A stretch of DNA of 64,000 nt from Vicugna vicugna (GCA_013265495.1 MU058384.1:4263239-4327238), one strand, 5' to 3'; positions 48,397 through 62,857 are shown, numbered from the stretch's first letter. Notes: generated by a model not told the origin, from the letters alone. Numbers and translations are program-made.

Positions 48397-49729
48397 TAAA
48401 CATAATTTGCAGCAGCAACTCTGACCCTAAATCTTGGGTCTGAAGAACCAGAACAATGACACAGACTGGTGAATGGAGACCATTAGATTTACCCAAGACA
48501 CTGGACAGATATTTTCCTTTTGGAGCCACTTAGCAAGGCTGCTTACAACATCATGGTGCCAGCTGCATCTGTCCTTTCTAAATAACTTGGCGGGAAGTGG
48601 GGGAAAAAAAAGAGCCGTAAGTGTTTCCGAGTGTTAAGGAAATGACTTGGGTCACTTTTTGTATGTACAATACATGTGGGAAATTCAGATCTAGTCCCCA
48701 GCTGATTTCTGTCCTAGGGGAGTGTATCAGAGATGACATTGAGGATGGCCACATTTCCAGTGGGCCAGGCATGTTTTATTTTGTCTCAGCTACTTTCTTT
48801 GGCTTTACTTCCACATGTTAAGTCTGGTTACCCAGTCATTTATATTCACAGTCCTTTTACTAAGGAAATGTAAAGCTATAAATTTCACAACACCTTTGTA
48901 CAGCACCTTCTTTATAAGGAGTTACAAACTGACAGAAGGGCGTGGCTCTTCAGAAATGTCCTTAAGGGAAGGAAAGTTCAAATTCTGGGGCAAGTCATTC
49001 TGATGCTCATGATGCTCAAGTATTGTTGGTATTCCCCATTCCTGTCCCCAGGAATAACTTGTTAATAAATTAATTCACTTATCTGAAATAATAGTAAATA
49101 CTCTGAATATTTGCCTGACTAAACCCAATTAAGTCCAATTATTCCATCTGTCCTTCTAGATACATCAAACACATTTTAACTGATGCCTTATTTTATTTAT
49201 CATTTGTCTCTGTGTCCATCTACCAGGTAAATGCTGTAGTTCATTTTTGTGATACTACATTATGAGTACAGGTATTTGTGTCTTCGATAGCTTCCTTTTA
49301 GCACCTCTTAAGTGGTCAGGATTCCAATGAATGCTGAAATAGCACTATTGTTTCTGTGATAAAAACAAGGAGAAAGTTCTATGTGGGATAGCCACAGCAT
49401 TTTTGGGAAACCTCAGAAGGGATACTTTGCGTTACAAAATCAAGCACTCTTTTGGATCTAAATCATACATTGGTTTTCTTGAACTTACTGAAGGTTTCGA
49501 ACTTTCCTCATCAACATGGTTGGTAAAGTCACGTTTTCCCCCAAGAGCACAAATGTGAAAATAAAAGAGGTTGGTTATAGAAATCTACTTGAGGCTTCAC
49601 GTGGGATTTACTTCCTTGTTTTTCATCTCTAACCTATTGGTCAAATCTATTTTCTTCAGCTTGGCATTTCTTGGGAGATTTTCTGTTACAACCTTTGGAG
49701 ATACAGTCTTTATTCTCCAACAGAATCAG

Positions 49730-49850
49730 GGTGTTAGAAAAATTAGACTGAGGCCTTGGGACAATTGAGAGGATTAAATAAAGGCATTCATGGAAAGTGC
49801 GTAGAACAAGGCCAGGCCCAAAGTAGGCATTCAGCAGAGGCAGCTGTTAT
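49730..49850 (+). mobile_element. MIR 3' part
   Basis: GAGAGGATTAAATAAAG...GGAAAGTGCGTAGAAC...GTAGGCATTCAG...GCTGTTATCAT. Confidence 0.6.
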
Positions 49851-50650
49851 CATCCCCTCCAAATTACCTGTTCTCTTCTGCAGGGAGTTGGCACCAATAG
49901 CTCTTTTAGCCCTGGGTGCTGTCGGTAGAACCAGGAAGTGGTACATGGAGGGTAAAAGACAGAAGGGATCAAACAAAGCAAGGAAAGACGAAGGGTGTGT
50001 GTTTGGTGTGGGATGGTCAAGGAAATGAGGGGAAAAGAATACTAAGATAAAAAAAGGAACTAAAGAGAAAAGAAAAAAATGTACGGCTTTTCACTTGCAA
50101 TGATCATAAAGGTTACTCCAAGATCCTGGAGAACATTGGCGGCTGGGTCCTTCCCTGTAAGACTGGTCAGTTCCCGACTCTTTTACTCACAATCTAACTT
50201 CTACCAGAAGTTTCCGATGATCTGGAAGATTCTCCAGACTCACTTCTATAAAACATGGATTAAAATTATTTTTTCTAGTGTGGTCTAAATAGATAGCCAT
50301 AGATACTGAGAACTGAACTAGTTTCTCTTTAACTCTTTACTAACCCATTACAACATAATTATTCCTAGAGAAGAATTTTTTAAAATGTCATGACTTCTTC
50401 ACTTTGCATCAAAATGATTACTGAAGTGATTACTGAAGTATCAAAAACTTTCTTGGTAAAGTATTGTCATTTGTAAGTCAGTCCCTCAGGACATTGAAAG
50501 AAGCATGCTCCTGGCTGGTAATTAAAGCACTCTGGGAAATTTCTTCATCTCTTCAGGCCTTAAGAACATCATTTAGGGCATTAAAGAACCAATTTTTTAA
50601 ACAATATCCCTGTGGTCTAAAAAATGTGAAGCAACTTCAAAAAGTCGTCC

Positions 50651-50670
50651 TTTTTTTTTTTTTTTTTTTT
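50651..50670. repeat. T20 homopolymer
   Basis: Read directly. Confidence 0.97.
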
Positions 50671-52059
50671 GCCATGGGATGGCTCTTATACTGAGAGAAC
50701 TCAGAGGTGCCTTATGAGAGTGTGAACTGATTTTTGCACTAGAAGATATGGTAGAAACTGACTATGTTAAAAGAAAGTAAAAGAATGGCTTTCTTCTCCA
50801 CCATCAGGGTCTCGGGATGGTGAAGGAAAGGTGCTCTGCTCACAGAGCTTCTGGGAGCTAATTATGGGACCACTCTGAACAGTCTGTTCCTCAGCCCCTC
50901 TGCTGAAGACTGGAGAAGGGGCCTTGGTGAGGTTACTGCGGTGTGGGACTGAGGGACAACTCAGGAGACTTGGGGGCCCCAGTCCTACATGAAAGATTTA
51001 GACAGAATAGTTCTAAGCATCAACTTAGGGTTCTGTTCAGTCCATACACACACCCAAGATTCCACTTTGGGGGTGGCAGAATGTCTCTGAACTTATCAGA
51101 CCTGGCAGTATCTGCCTGTTCTGGGATCCTCTGCACTGAGAGATGCACCTGGACCCAGGATGATGTTACTACCATATCATTGATTCGAGCAGAGTACTCA
51201 TCAGTGTAGTAGACACCTGTTCAATGAATGAGTGACCACGCACCTCTGAGTAGCCTCATGGGCACCTAAAAGCAGCACTATAATTTTGGAGAAAAGCAGG
51301 CATCTCACAGTGGCCTGAAGGAAACTCAGCTGGTGTAGGACCGTGTTAGCAAATAGTTAGTTGGAAAGAAAGAAGGTTTCAAGGTCCCCTGAGAGAGGAG
51401 TAAGTAAGTGAGCTGATCTTTTTTTCCCCGGAGACTATCGTGTTTCTCTCTCTCCCTTTCTTCCTCTTTCTGGTTTCAATCTGTAACCTCTGAGACTTAA
51501 TAGAAATAACGCTTTCTGGTTTCTCCTATCCTCTCTGCCAGCGGTCCCGAGTGGGACAAGTAAATCTGATCCCAGAAGGAGTTCAGTCACTACCCACCCA
51601 AGGCCTTAGGCCAACGGGGTGAGGGGCAGGGAGAAGAGGGCCAGGGTCACAGTTTTGTGTGTAGTACACACAGATTCTGCACTCAGCCCCCACCACACTG
51701 CTGTGGCCAGGCTGGCAGGTCACCCCTTCTGATACCTGAGGAGCCGTGGCTTCCACCTCCCACACTGAGGCTATCAGTGTACATGGTCAAGGCAGTGGGA
51801 CAAAAGGGATCACTCTGGCTCTTTAGCTGCCAAGATGAGGAAAAATCAACATCAGGGCCCAAAGGATGGAACTGATGGGGACAAAAGGTTACTGCACATT
51901 AACAATCAGTCTCCACAGAAATATTGAGTAGGTGCTCGAGAATGGAAAAGAGATGAGATCTCTTGACCATAGATGACAAATCTCTTCCAGGTAGACTCCG
52001 AGGCATAGGACTGCATTCTCCTTGCACTTGTCAATAGCCAAGACAGGAAGATGAACTGA

Positions 52060-52740
52060 ACAGCACTGAACAACAAACACCAATTAAGGACCTATTATGA
52101 GCCAGGCACCAGTCTAGGCAAGAAGCAAAGCTTTGAACAAGTCAAACTTCACATTCCAGTGAGGGCAGCTAGAAAGTAAACACATCAACACACGCACAAA
52201 TACATTAACAATTTAATACTTGGTCGTTATAAATGTCATCATAAACAAAAAATAAACAGTGAAACAGTGGCTAAGGGGATATTTTCACTGTATGGTCAGA
52301 AGAGGCCTCTTCAAATCAGTGATGTTCAGGCTGAAAATTAATGACAAGGAAAAGCTGGCCAGGCAGAGACCTGGGGAAGAGGAGTTTAGGTAGAAGGAGA
52401 AGGAGCTGACAGGGAAAGTCCCTAGAGCAAGAGCTGGCTTGCTGTGTCTGAGAAACGAAGGGAAGTAGGTGACTAGGATGCAGTGAGCCGGGAAGAAAGT
52501 GGCATAAGATGAGATTCTGAGCAGACAATGTTGGGCAGTACAGACTAGCGATGATCTTGGAAGTCATTTTAAGTGCGATGCTAAACCATTAGATGGTTTT
52601 CAGAAGAAGAGGGATATATCTAATGCCTTTCAGATATTCTAGTAGATGTCAAGTAGACAGTCTGAGTTTAGAGTTCAGGGGAAAAGTTAGTCTCTAGATA
52701 TTAATTTGGGAATTATTGGCATATGAAGGTATTTAAACAA
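52060..52740 (-). mobile_element. L2 (L2a-like) fragment
   Basis: CCTATTATGAGCCAGGCACC...GGTCAGAAGAGGCCTCT...AAGTGCGATGCTAAACCATTAG...GAGTTCAGGGGAAAAG. Confidence 0.8.
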
Positions 52741-54437
52741 AAGAAAACAGAACATTGTGTCCAGTTCAGTCTAACTACTTTCATCCAAAGCAACACTTAC
52801 ACAGCATAGTTAAGTGCTGAAGATAAAGAGATCAAAAAGACATAACCCCAGAGGGAAAGGCAGACCAAAATATGAACTATTGTTATAGTGCAAAGGTAAA
52901 ATGGAGGATGGTATAGACACAAAGGAAGCTATATTATGGAACAAATAATTATTCCTAGAATGGCCAGGGACAGCAGAGACAAGAGGTGATCTAAAAGACA
53001 GCCATTTGATAGGAACAATTTTCTTGAGAGTCCCTTGCTTTTAAAATAAGTACTTATTTAGAGACCACAGAAAGTAGATGGGATTGAATGCAGAAGTGTT
53101 ATGGACAAAGAAGAATTCCCTTTTTAATGGCTTTTGTTCTTTGAGAAGGCAAAAATCACTTTAGGACTTATTCTCCTCTGCGAAAAGAGAAGACTGAGTT
53201 CATTTGCAGTTTTCTGCCTCAGAGAGATGGTAAGATAGGAAATCACGGTCCATAAGACACTTTTTCAATATATTTAAGAGCTATATTATAATATCATATA
53301 TATTTCAATATAGTAAGTGGCTTAATATATAGATATGTATACATATAGCATTTATGATATATATGCATAAATATATGTCTAGTAGAAATAAAATATTTAG
53401 TCTTGATGAGACTATGCAGATTGCCAAAAATGTCAAAATCTTAATTTTAACTTTAGTTATATCAACTCAGTAAAGTAAAATTGTTAACACCTCATTGAGC
53501 ACAAGGTCTAATTGATTGTGGTTATTAAAGAAGGAAAAGGAAAAATGAAATAATTATGGCCAAATTAATGCAGTTTCATAGGCAAAATATTTCAAACCAT
53601 GGAGTACATTGGGGGAAAAACACGAAAAGGCATATTTGGTGGTACCCATTTTGAGCATTTATGGCTGGATGATAATAGTGTCAATTTCAGCCCTGACAGG
53701 TGTATTTCTATAATTTGATGGCTTTTTCTTTTCTTCTTTGTAAGCTATATTAGCTGCTTGACTTCTTTATCACTTATTTTCACTCTTTGTAAAATTTTAA
53801 AAATTGGTTTTCTGGGAATCAATTTCTTAATCATATGAAACAATGCCATTCTTGCAAGGTACCTTGTAATTTACTAGAAGAATGTTGGCTATAGCATCCT
53901 GAATGTTCCTCACTTTATTTGTCTTACTTGGTTGAACAATTTATTCCCAGAGAGTCATTTATTAACCTCAGAAGGTCAATTTTAAGAAAATACTTTGCAT
54001 TTCTGTAGTATTTATTTCCAGGATTGCATTTTAAAGAATCTACTTAGTAGTGCATATTGACTCCATGAAGTGGATATAAGCAGGGACTTCATTTTTATAA
54101 AAATAGGGACTAAGTATGGAAATAAACAGCTTAAGAAACATCAGAACTGTGTCGGACTTCTTTAAGGTGAAGATTTTTTTATTGGTTTTTTGGAATGACT
54201 TATGGTGAGGGGGCACCATGTTCTTTTCACTGCTTAGAGTGTTCAGAGGTTTCCATTTGTCTTTAAATGGTGTGATGGTCCGGATACATGCCAAGCGTTG
54301 GCCTTCTTTTTCTTGACTGGGTTGGGTTCAGGTTTCACTGTGATGCTGAGGGGTTGACTGCATTTAGTCAGGTTGGCCATAATGCTCATGTGCTAAGTCC
54401 ATTGTATATTTTCATATCTAAGCCACCTAAAAAAAGA

Positions 54438-54492
<55 letters not shown>

Positions 54493-54494
54493 AA
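54438..54494. repeat. Compound (TG)11(TA)13 microsatellite followed by an A run
   Basis: Read directly. Confidence 0.96.
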
Positions 54495-55959
54495 GGAAAA
54501 AGTCTTCAGGGGAAGACTACAGTCCCAGAGCCATCACCTATCGATCTAATCTGCATGGAGCTACCAGAAAATTGAGGCATATACTGGGAGTCTGAGACAA
54601 AAACGGGTATCTGTTGGAATAATGCTCTAAACAAAGAAGGAGGTAAAAGGAAAATCAGTCCTTCGCTTAGGCACAATTTTGGGGGGAAGCTGTGTCTTCC
54701 TGATTTATGCTGGATTCAGTAATCTCCATTCTGGGGCTGAGTATATTTTGTTCTGCCAATCATGCTGAGATTGGGATTCCTTTGGGGATCAAATGATTTG
54801 TCCCAAGATGCATGAAAAGCTACAGATAAAAGCCAGAAGACAACTATGCCTTTTAAAATCCTAAGTCACTATTTAATACTGTTGAAATTTTCCCTGGCTA
54901 CCATATCCACTACCATCATAGTCCCTAGCTTTCCAGAGCTATCAAATAATGTTGTCAAAGTATGTAGAAACACAATTTGTTAAGTCAAAAATGCTTAAGG
55001 TAAAAATTCTTAAGAATTTGCTTGTTTCCAGATAATGTGTTCATTTTCTTTCTGATCAAATTCTATGTTAAAATTTTAATGGTAAAATTAAAAGTTGCCA
55101 ATTCCTTAGTCAACAGCGCAAGAACCCACTTCTCATACCAATCGGCGATGTTTGAATACTAACTGATACAAGACTTTCCTTTGGTACAACTTCGATCACT
55201 TGATTCAAAAAATTATATGTGATGGAATAAAGTCCAGAAAGCCAAAAATTAAAGTTTGTGTGGTTAAATTTTCAGGATTAATAATGAAAAATTTAATTTT
55301 ATTAAAACCCTTTAGTTAGCTAACACTATCAACAGAGGCGGCGTATTTAACCAATCCCCCCCACACCCCCAACACTGTTATTTCCTATTAAGTCTCTGAA
55401 CTAAAAAGAATAATATGTGGAAGAAATTTGTTTTTTATATGAAATGTGTAGTACATTTCTGATCTGTTTTTACAGTTTAACAACGTAAATGACTTCATTA
55501 TGACTACCAATTACTTCAAGGACCAGCTGGGTATTTTCAGGTTATTAGCTCCTATGCTAAATGGCTCCAGGCTATCGCGATTTTTAGAAGTTTGGGGTCA
55601 GCATTCAGCAGGTTTTCAGAAGTCATTTTTCTTGTTTTCAAGGCAATTGACTGTAGAAATCTGTCCCTACCTTCAATTCTCTTGCTTCAAATCTTCTAGA
55701 GGCCATGAGACCAGATAACCAAGGTAGTTATGTGTACTTAGTGCATTATTCTTGTAAATAAGGAGGCTTACAGTTAGCTACTGGGAGTTTCTCTTAGAAG
55801 GCACAGGTGAGAATGCCAGCTACCTCATCTTTTATTTTCAGAGGTCCTTTCAGTTTACTTCTGGTTTACTTGTTCTGTTCCAGATGACTGAAATCACCCA
55901 AGGCCTGCCTGCCTGATACTTCATATATTTCGATAGGTGTACCATGCGCAGCGGTAAGG

Positions 55960-56460
55960 CCAGGAGCTCTGCAGAGGATCTCTGTTGAAATTCTGGCTCT
56001 GTCCTAATCCTGCTGTGTGACACTGGGCAAGTTACTTTACCTCCCAAGCCTTAGTTTCATCAACTGGAAAATGAGAATGAAAATAAACAGTCTCCCAAGT
56101 TATTGTGAGGATAAATCTATGTGTGTGGTATGATAATAGCTAATATTTATAGAGCATTTATTATGTGCCAGATTTGCAGCTAGCACTCATAAATGGTAGC
56201 TCCTTTAGACATGCCTGGCTTTGTGCCCTTACCAGTTGGACTTTACACAATTAATCCACTGAAATCCTCATACGCTTTTTTCAAATGCCATAGAAAATAA
56301 CAAGAAGGTAGAAAGAAATATATCAGAAAGAATCTACTATGTACAGCCACTGGGTTAGACATTTTACTTATATTGTATCAACTAATCATCCCAGCAGCCC
56401 TTTGAAATAGGACCTGTTATCTCCATTGCACAGATGAGAAAAATAAAGGCCTAAAGGGAT
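55960..56460. mobile_element. Interleaved MIR fragments on both strands
   Basis: + strand GTGTGACACTGGGCAAGTTACTT...TTGTGAGGAT; - strand ATAATAGCTAATATTTATAGAGC...TGTGCCAG and CAGATGAGAAAA. Confidence 0.7.
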
Positions 56461-58849
56461 TGTTTTGTATTTTTTTACATAATAACAGAGAAAGCAGCCA
56501 TATAAATAGAACAAATATAGTACAATTGAGAACTTAATTCTGTAAGAGTAAGTTACAACACTGACATTAATAAGCTTGTCAATTTCTTGTTTACTGGCAA
56601 ATCATCAATAGTACTTTGATCTATAGAGTTAAAATAATAAAATATAAAGCATCTTCCCACATATTATAAATAGAGATATCAAATTCATTTTATTCTGCTT
56701 AACATAGATGGTCTCATAGATCCTTGCATGAGTAAAAGGCTAAATTACTTTGTTTCAATCATAATACATAGTGAGGCTTGTTTTTGCTGCCAAAACTGCT
56801 CTCTGGTTTAGAAAATTTCCCCTAGGTCATTTAGAAGTATTCCCAGAAAAGATGAAAATGCCAAAAACCTGGTCAAAATTTTTTTCAAGTATTGCACCAA
56901 GTATGGAAGGAATCCTGGAATCAAGAATGTATATTTATCTGGTCACATGGAGAAGGGGTTATGTGAACGCCACCGACTCAGCGTTTGTCACTGTCCTAGA
57001 TGACAATTTCCCCCTCATTCTCTTGCTAATTTTGTGTACTGTGGTGGTCAATCATCCTACCTTTCTCTTATTTTCAATTTTATTACTTATTCTCAGGAGA
57101 AAAGGCACTTGAGAAAAATTTCTTTTGGAGCTCAACCTTTTTAAAGAAAGGTGCAAATTAGATGTAGTAAATTCGTAATTCTATTTCCATCTTTAAAAAG
57201 AAATACCATTCAGGCATTAGTCTGCTCTGTCACCTTGAGTCAGAAAACAGCTTCATCTGGTTTATTTAGTTTTTGAGAGCTCACACTTCAAAGAAAGGCA
57301 TGGGTTATATCCGCTGACAATTGTGCAAGCCTGCGCAAGCCAAAAAAAAAAAGTTCTTCCCTGACCCCTGCAGTGATCAGTATGTATATCCTGAAGCGCC
57401 AGAGGTCTGATGACGTCTGTTGTGGTTTGCTGACTCCCAACAGATTTGGTTCTGCAGACTTGACTCAGGAAAAAGCATCCCACCAGCTTCAAGCGAAATT
57501 CTGCCCAAGATTACTAATAAAAATATCGTAACATTGGCTCTGGTGCTACTTTTGGTCTTAAAATTCTGTGTGTGTCTGTAAGTCTGCTCATGCACACACC
57601 TATGCGTATTTTAATTTCAACATCCATATTCAACTTAATCTTCTAGAATTCCTTGTAGCTCTAACACACCATTTAAGCTTCAGGCAAGAGTCCGGCGGCA
57701 ACTCTTGATAACGCAACTGGCTTAACTTTCCACTGACAACTGAGTGGACTCCCTAAGGTCAGATTTGGTTCTTAATTCATGGAAAAATAACAGAGTGCTG
57801 GTATGTTTTATGCATTATCATTTCAAAGAGATGAGGCTTTTGAATAGAAAGATAAATTACCAACTTTTAATTTCACCTATAATTTATACTCTACCTACTT
57901 TCGAAATAAAGCCAGTATATTTCTAGCCCTGCTTTGGTTACACAACTGCTGTCGGCTTTGGATGCCCCATCTGCAATACAGCGATAATACTTGCCACCTG
58001 CGTCATTTCACAGTGGTGTTTTAAAACTAATGAATAGAGGCCTGCATGAGCCCGAAGCTCTTTGAAATACAATGGCTTCATAGCTTACACATTATTTTCA
58101 ACTGGGTTGGAGCTTACACACTAGACATAGTTCTACAAAAAATTTGCAAAATCAGAATGTATTTGTAAATTATGTAATTAAAATTAATTTTAAGAGGAAT
58201 GGAATAGTTATCATATGGATATATGTACACACAAAAAAGGAATACACCCAAATTGTTAAAAAATTTATTAGGAAATACTTCCATAGAAAAGCTCAGAAAA
58301 TAATATAATGAATATTCTATATTTATACTATAAGTTAGTATTGACAATGGTCATCAATGGTATTATGGGCAATTTTATTTTCTTCTGGATAGCTTTACTA
58401 TAGATTCTAAAATGAATGTGTAATTCTTCCAAAAATCAGGAAAATACTTTCAATAAATATCTTTATATAAACTAGACAGGATAGAATGCAAATGCCAGAA
58501 CTTTTAAGAAAAAAATTCCTTTGAGTTCTTTAAGACTGGGTTTGGGGCCAGGCATTAATGAAATAGGTGCCCGTCCTATAGGACTTGGATTTGAACACTG
58601 TTGACAGTAAGAAGCTCAGAGAAAACCCATCATTTAAAGAAAATATTCAAAGTCTTTGTCCATATCCAAAGTCTTTCTATTCATCCACAAGTTTGTACAG
58701 TGTCAGCAGTTAGATTTAGTCTTATCTATTTAACCAGCAAAATACAAAGTGTTCATAAATTTAATTTATTCAAAAAATATAAAGGGACACATCTAAGAGG
58801 TAAGTTATCTCTACCCTCCTGACTCCTGTTACACTGGATTTCTTTGGTT

Positions 58850-59160
58850 CTACTAATATGCTGCTGGCTCTCTCATCTCCAGGTCTCCTTACATCCTGTT
58901 CTAGCTTTCTGGAACACTTTCCACACTCCTTCACCAGGTTCATTCCTACACATATTTTAGGTATTAGTTTGGCTCTCATCTCTTCCTCAGACTGCATCCT
59001 CGTCTTTAGACCAGGCTGGAAGGCCTCCCATGTGCTTCTCTAATGTGGATGGCTGCCCACGTTTACTCCTAATAGCATACTTGTCTTAATTACCACCTCT
59101 GGTCTGAAAGCCTTTTGAAGGCAGAGACCTCTGTGCCTGGCACACGGTAAGTGTGACTCA
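58850..59160 (+). mobile_element. L2 fragment
   Basis: CTAGCTTTCTGGAACAC...GAAGGCAGAGACCTCTGTGCCTGGCACACGGTAAG. Confidence 0.55.
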
Positions 59161-62069
59161 CTAGATAAGGACTGCTGTGACTTCTCCAGTTCAACAACTA
59201 TTCCCATTTCCTGGATTTGGGAAGAAAGAGAAAGATCTTATTAGTCTTGACCATTGTCATATGCTTGTGTTTTTCTCCCATAAAAGAATTGGTAAAGAGG
59301 GGAAGAAACTTCTAAGTTTTACTACAAGGAAACTTTAACTTGTTGCATAATTTATTTAGTTAAATTTGTTATTCATAAAAAAAATACCTTGGCTTGGTCT
59401 TAGAGAAGTGATGACATACACAGAGGAATTTTAAAATAAAAAAGATGAAAAAGATTTTTTTCTTTCTATTTATTAAAGTCTCAATGGCAGGCATTTTGTT
59501 AGTTCTACACATGTTACATCAAAGATAACATGATTTGTGCTTCTTCTTTGAAAAATATCCTACATCTGTAAGCCATTAGTTTTTGTCTGGCTTTTGTTAT
59601 ACTGGATAAAATCCTTGAATGCTCTGTGTCTCCACTTTTCTAACTGTAGAATGGGGCTAATTTCACTCTCCATAGTGAAGATAATATTAAAAAAAATTTA
59701 ATGCTAGAATATAGATGTTAGCTGGCTATTAATTTAAATGGAGAAAATTATTTTCATATTAGAGTCTACTGTCAAAGTATACTCTTCAACCAAAGGAAGT
59801 ATAGCCTTCTTTTTCTTAAATGTTTAACTACTTCTTTCTACATATAGACTTTCACACTTCCCTTCTTCAGTTCTCAGCTAAAATGATTGAACTCTGAAAA
59901 ACCACAGTATTGTTGAAAGGTGGCTCTGTAAGCAACCACAAGAAAATTGGAAAGACATTAAATACACATTACTCATTCCCTAAGTTTTCCATATCACGAC
60001 TCTGAAACCAGTTGTGAATAGGCACATTCATAAAACGGGTAAATCAGGGCAAAGTAAGCAGCTACTTAAGCCAGTCGCTCCAGGCTAAGCCTGCGTGTCT
60101 GTCTCAGAAGGAATCTTGATTTCTCCTGTTCTCTAGATGTTGCTGATAATGAGTAGGAGCTACAGTTCAGTGTGGGGGCCATAAGCAGACCAAAAGAGCA
60201 CAAAGACAGTCCTAACAAGGCCTCCTTTTGCTGACAGCGGCTCCTCTTGATCAATGAGAAGGTAAGAAGGTGTGAGCTGTGGGCTGGGAAGGGCGTGGGC
60301 ACCCTATTGGAGCAGAGGTGGGAAGTGGCATATTTTAAGTCAACGCTGGTAAATCAGGGAAGTCAGGGGGTTGTTCAAGTGCTTTTCTTGGTTTATTTCT
60401 CTTTTATTAAATTGTCACAAATGTGTTAATTGGCTTAGAAGTGGATTTTCCATCTCATGAGAGAGGCACACACAAAACAAAGTCCTTAAAGTCTTATCCA
60501 ATGGAGTCGCAGAAGCCATATTCTAAATCATCATTTCCTAAGAACTTCAATTCCCTCAATCCAATAAAAGCTACACTTAAATTTCTTCCTCCTCCTCCTC
60601 CTCTCCTTCTTTTCTTTTCTTTTTAAAACAAGAATCCGACAACAGATGCCTACACCTCCTATGATTCCAAGCCCAACAACCTCGGAGATGTCAGAGATGA
60701 AGACCTAATTGAGGCTTTTTCATCAAGTTAGCCACTATCCATATGGCTTGTCCCATGTTAGTTCAGGCACTTAGAAATATACACACACCCTAATGCTTTC
60801 CTACACTGATCCGTCCACAGTAAGCCTCTGGTTAGCCAAGATAGACAAGTTTGGGTAAAAAAGGAGAATATTATTCAAAAGGCCAAGATCCACATTTGGA
60901 CACAGGGATACTGCAATCATGAGAAAGAGTGATTCCAAGGTCAGGCAGCAGAGCAACTATTAATAATAAAGGATTTATTATGAAATGATAATTCTACTTT
61001 CCATTACTTTGGTATATGATTCAGATCCTGTAATATTTCAAATAAATAGTGATAAATGGGCCCTTCGCGACCTAAAGTCAGTCTTACTCCAAGAAGAAAG
61101 ATGCTGCATGTTTAAGATTTACTTGAGAAGGGAGATGACTAAATATGGGGAGCCACTGAGTCCTGCCATCTGTATGATGAGAATTCACTGCAGAGTCTAC
61201 ACATACTTCTACTGTAAAGAAAGAAAAACGAAAATAAAAACCTTTTTTCCCTGTTAGAAGTGAAAAATCACTGTTAGGATGAATCTCTTTTTCCATCAAC
61301 CATCTGCAAAAGTAAAACAAACAAATCCCAGTTTGTGATTAGGTCTGAGATGTGAGTAAAATGTAAATTCAACCAGGCAGTGGTCTATACATGACATGGA
61401 CTAGAATTCTGGGTGAATGAACCTCCCTTGCAGAAAATGTGGGAGCGCCATGTGCAACCTCACCAGGCCTTCCGGGGCTGGCCTCTAGGTCTTGTTTCTC
61501 TGGCCTGACCTCGTCTAGTCCTAGAACCAGGACTGCAGTGGTTTTCTGCTAGTCTCCTGAGCCTGACCGCCTATGTTCCTGTGAGCCCAGTTATGGAATC
61601 CAATTCTCATTGCTGCATTTCTGACCTTACTTTCCATTTAACGCTTCTTGCTCTCTTTGATTCAGCTTGCAATGCAGAAGCTGTCTTCAAATCTTACTAA
61701 CTTTGTCAAAGTATTGGCTAAGCCTAAAATGTTTCTTGTAGGAGATAAGGAAAAACCTGGAATGTGAATGGAGAGGGCAGGGTCTAGGAATGGAATTAGG
61801 TCCAATGCCTACCCCTGCCCCTGTGGGTTAGAAGTTCCTAAGTCCTGGTATAGACTGTGTAAGTGTTGACCTCAAAAGGCAAACAAAGACTTGATGATTT
61901 ATGAACTCTGTGGTTTGTTTTATGTCACCTGGTGGTTTGTGAAAGTTTCCAGAAATACCTCTCAGGATATAAACTATCTACACCCTTCCCAAACTAGACT
62001 GAACCCGAGGCAACTTAGTTGCCAAAATCCTCTGATTCTTGGTCTGAGAAATTATTACTTCCCTTTTCA

Positions 62070-62190
62070 CCTAAGAGTCTGTGCAGAGAAAAGATGCACG
62101 CTCACCATTCAGTTTCCTCTTCCTCGGCATATAGGAAAATTATATGTCTCAGCCTCCCTTGTAGCAGATTGAGGACCTGTATTTCTGAGT
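62070..62190 (+). mobile_element. Old MaLR fragment (MLT1G-J-like)
   Basis: CTTCCTCGGCATATAGGAAAATTATATGTCTCAGCCTCCCTTGTAGC...CTGAGTTC resembles old MLT1 U3. Confidence 0.45.
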
Positions 62191-62823
62191 TCTTTTTACT
62201 TCTTTCTTTTTCACCCCTCTTTCCCTCCTTCTCCTTCGCTTCCTCCCTTCCTTCCTAACCTCCTTCCTTCCACTATTTGGATCCTTGATAGAAAAGGAAT
62301 AAGCACTGTAATGTCTTATTATCACTTTTTGGAGATTTACAGTTACAGCTGTCAATTTTAAGGAAAGTTTGAAAAATAATACAAAACATATCTTATTATA
62401 TAAATAACTGAAACACACTGTTCATTAAGATAATTAATTTCCCTTATACACTTTTTACTTATTCTATAGGAACCAGGTTTCATCATAGTCTTCACAGTGT
62501 CCATCATCAATTCTGGTGGTCAGAATTACAACCAGCGGCAGAAGGAATGATGGCAAAACTGCCTTCACTATACAGGCTGACCTGGAAAAACTATGAAAGG
62601 CCCCTTTCTTTTACCACCAAAAAAATATTGTTACATAATCTTAAGGGACTTTTCTTATTAAAAAGTGGTTCAAAATATATTATGTCTGTTGATTCTAGCA
62701 CAGTCTTCTGAGATAAAATTACCATACTCTAGGAATAAAGCATGGGTTAAAGATTTTCCTAACAGTGTATGATTTACAATGGTGAGAAAGCTTAAATAGT
62801 TTTCTGATTCCATTTCCACTAGT

Positions 62824-62852
<29 letters not shown>
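62824..62852. repeat. (TG)14 microsatellite
   Basis: Read directly. Confidence 0.97.

Positions 62853-62854
<2 letters not shown>

Positions 62855-62857
<3 letters not shown>

Noticed and set aside
48110-48529. 139-aa minus-strand ORF
   Set aside because: Reads through an antisense SINE.
50415-50438. 12-bp tandem duplication TGATTACTGAAG x2
   Set aside because: Ordinary slippage duplication with no other signal.
51656-51672. 8-bp inverted repeat TGTGTGTA-G-TACACACA
   Set aside because: Low-complexity arms and a 1-nt loop; expected by chance.
53260-53400. TA-rich low-complexity stretch
   Set aside because: Degenerate (TA)n region with no defined structure.
54505-54522. ZNF143/THAP11-like GACTACAGTCCCAG
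   Set aside because: Spacing is one base short of the ACTACAnnTCCCA consensus and there is no promoter context.
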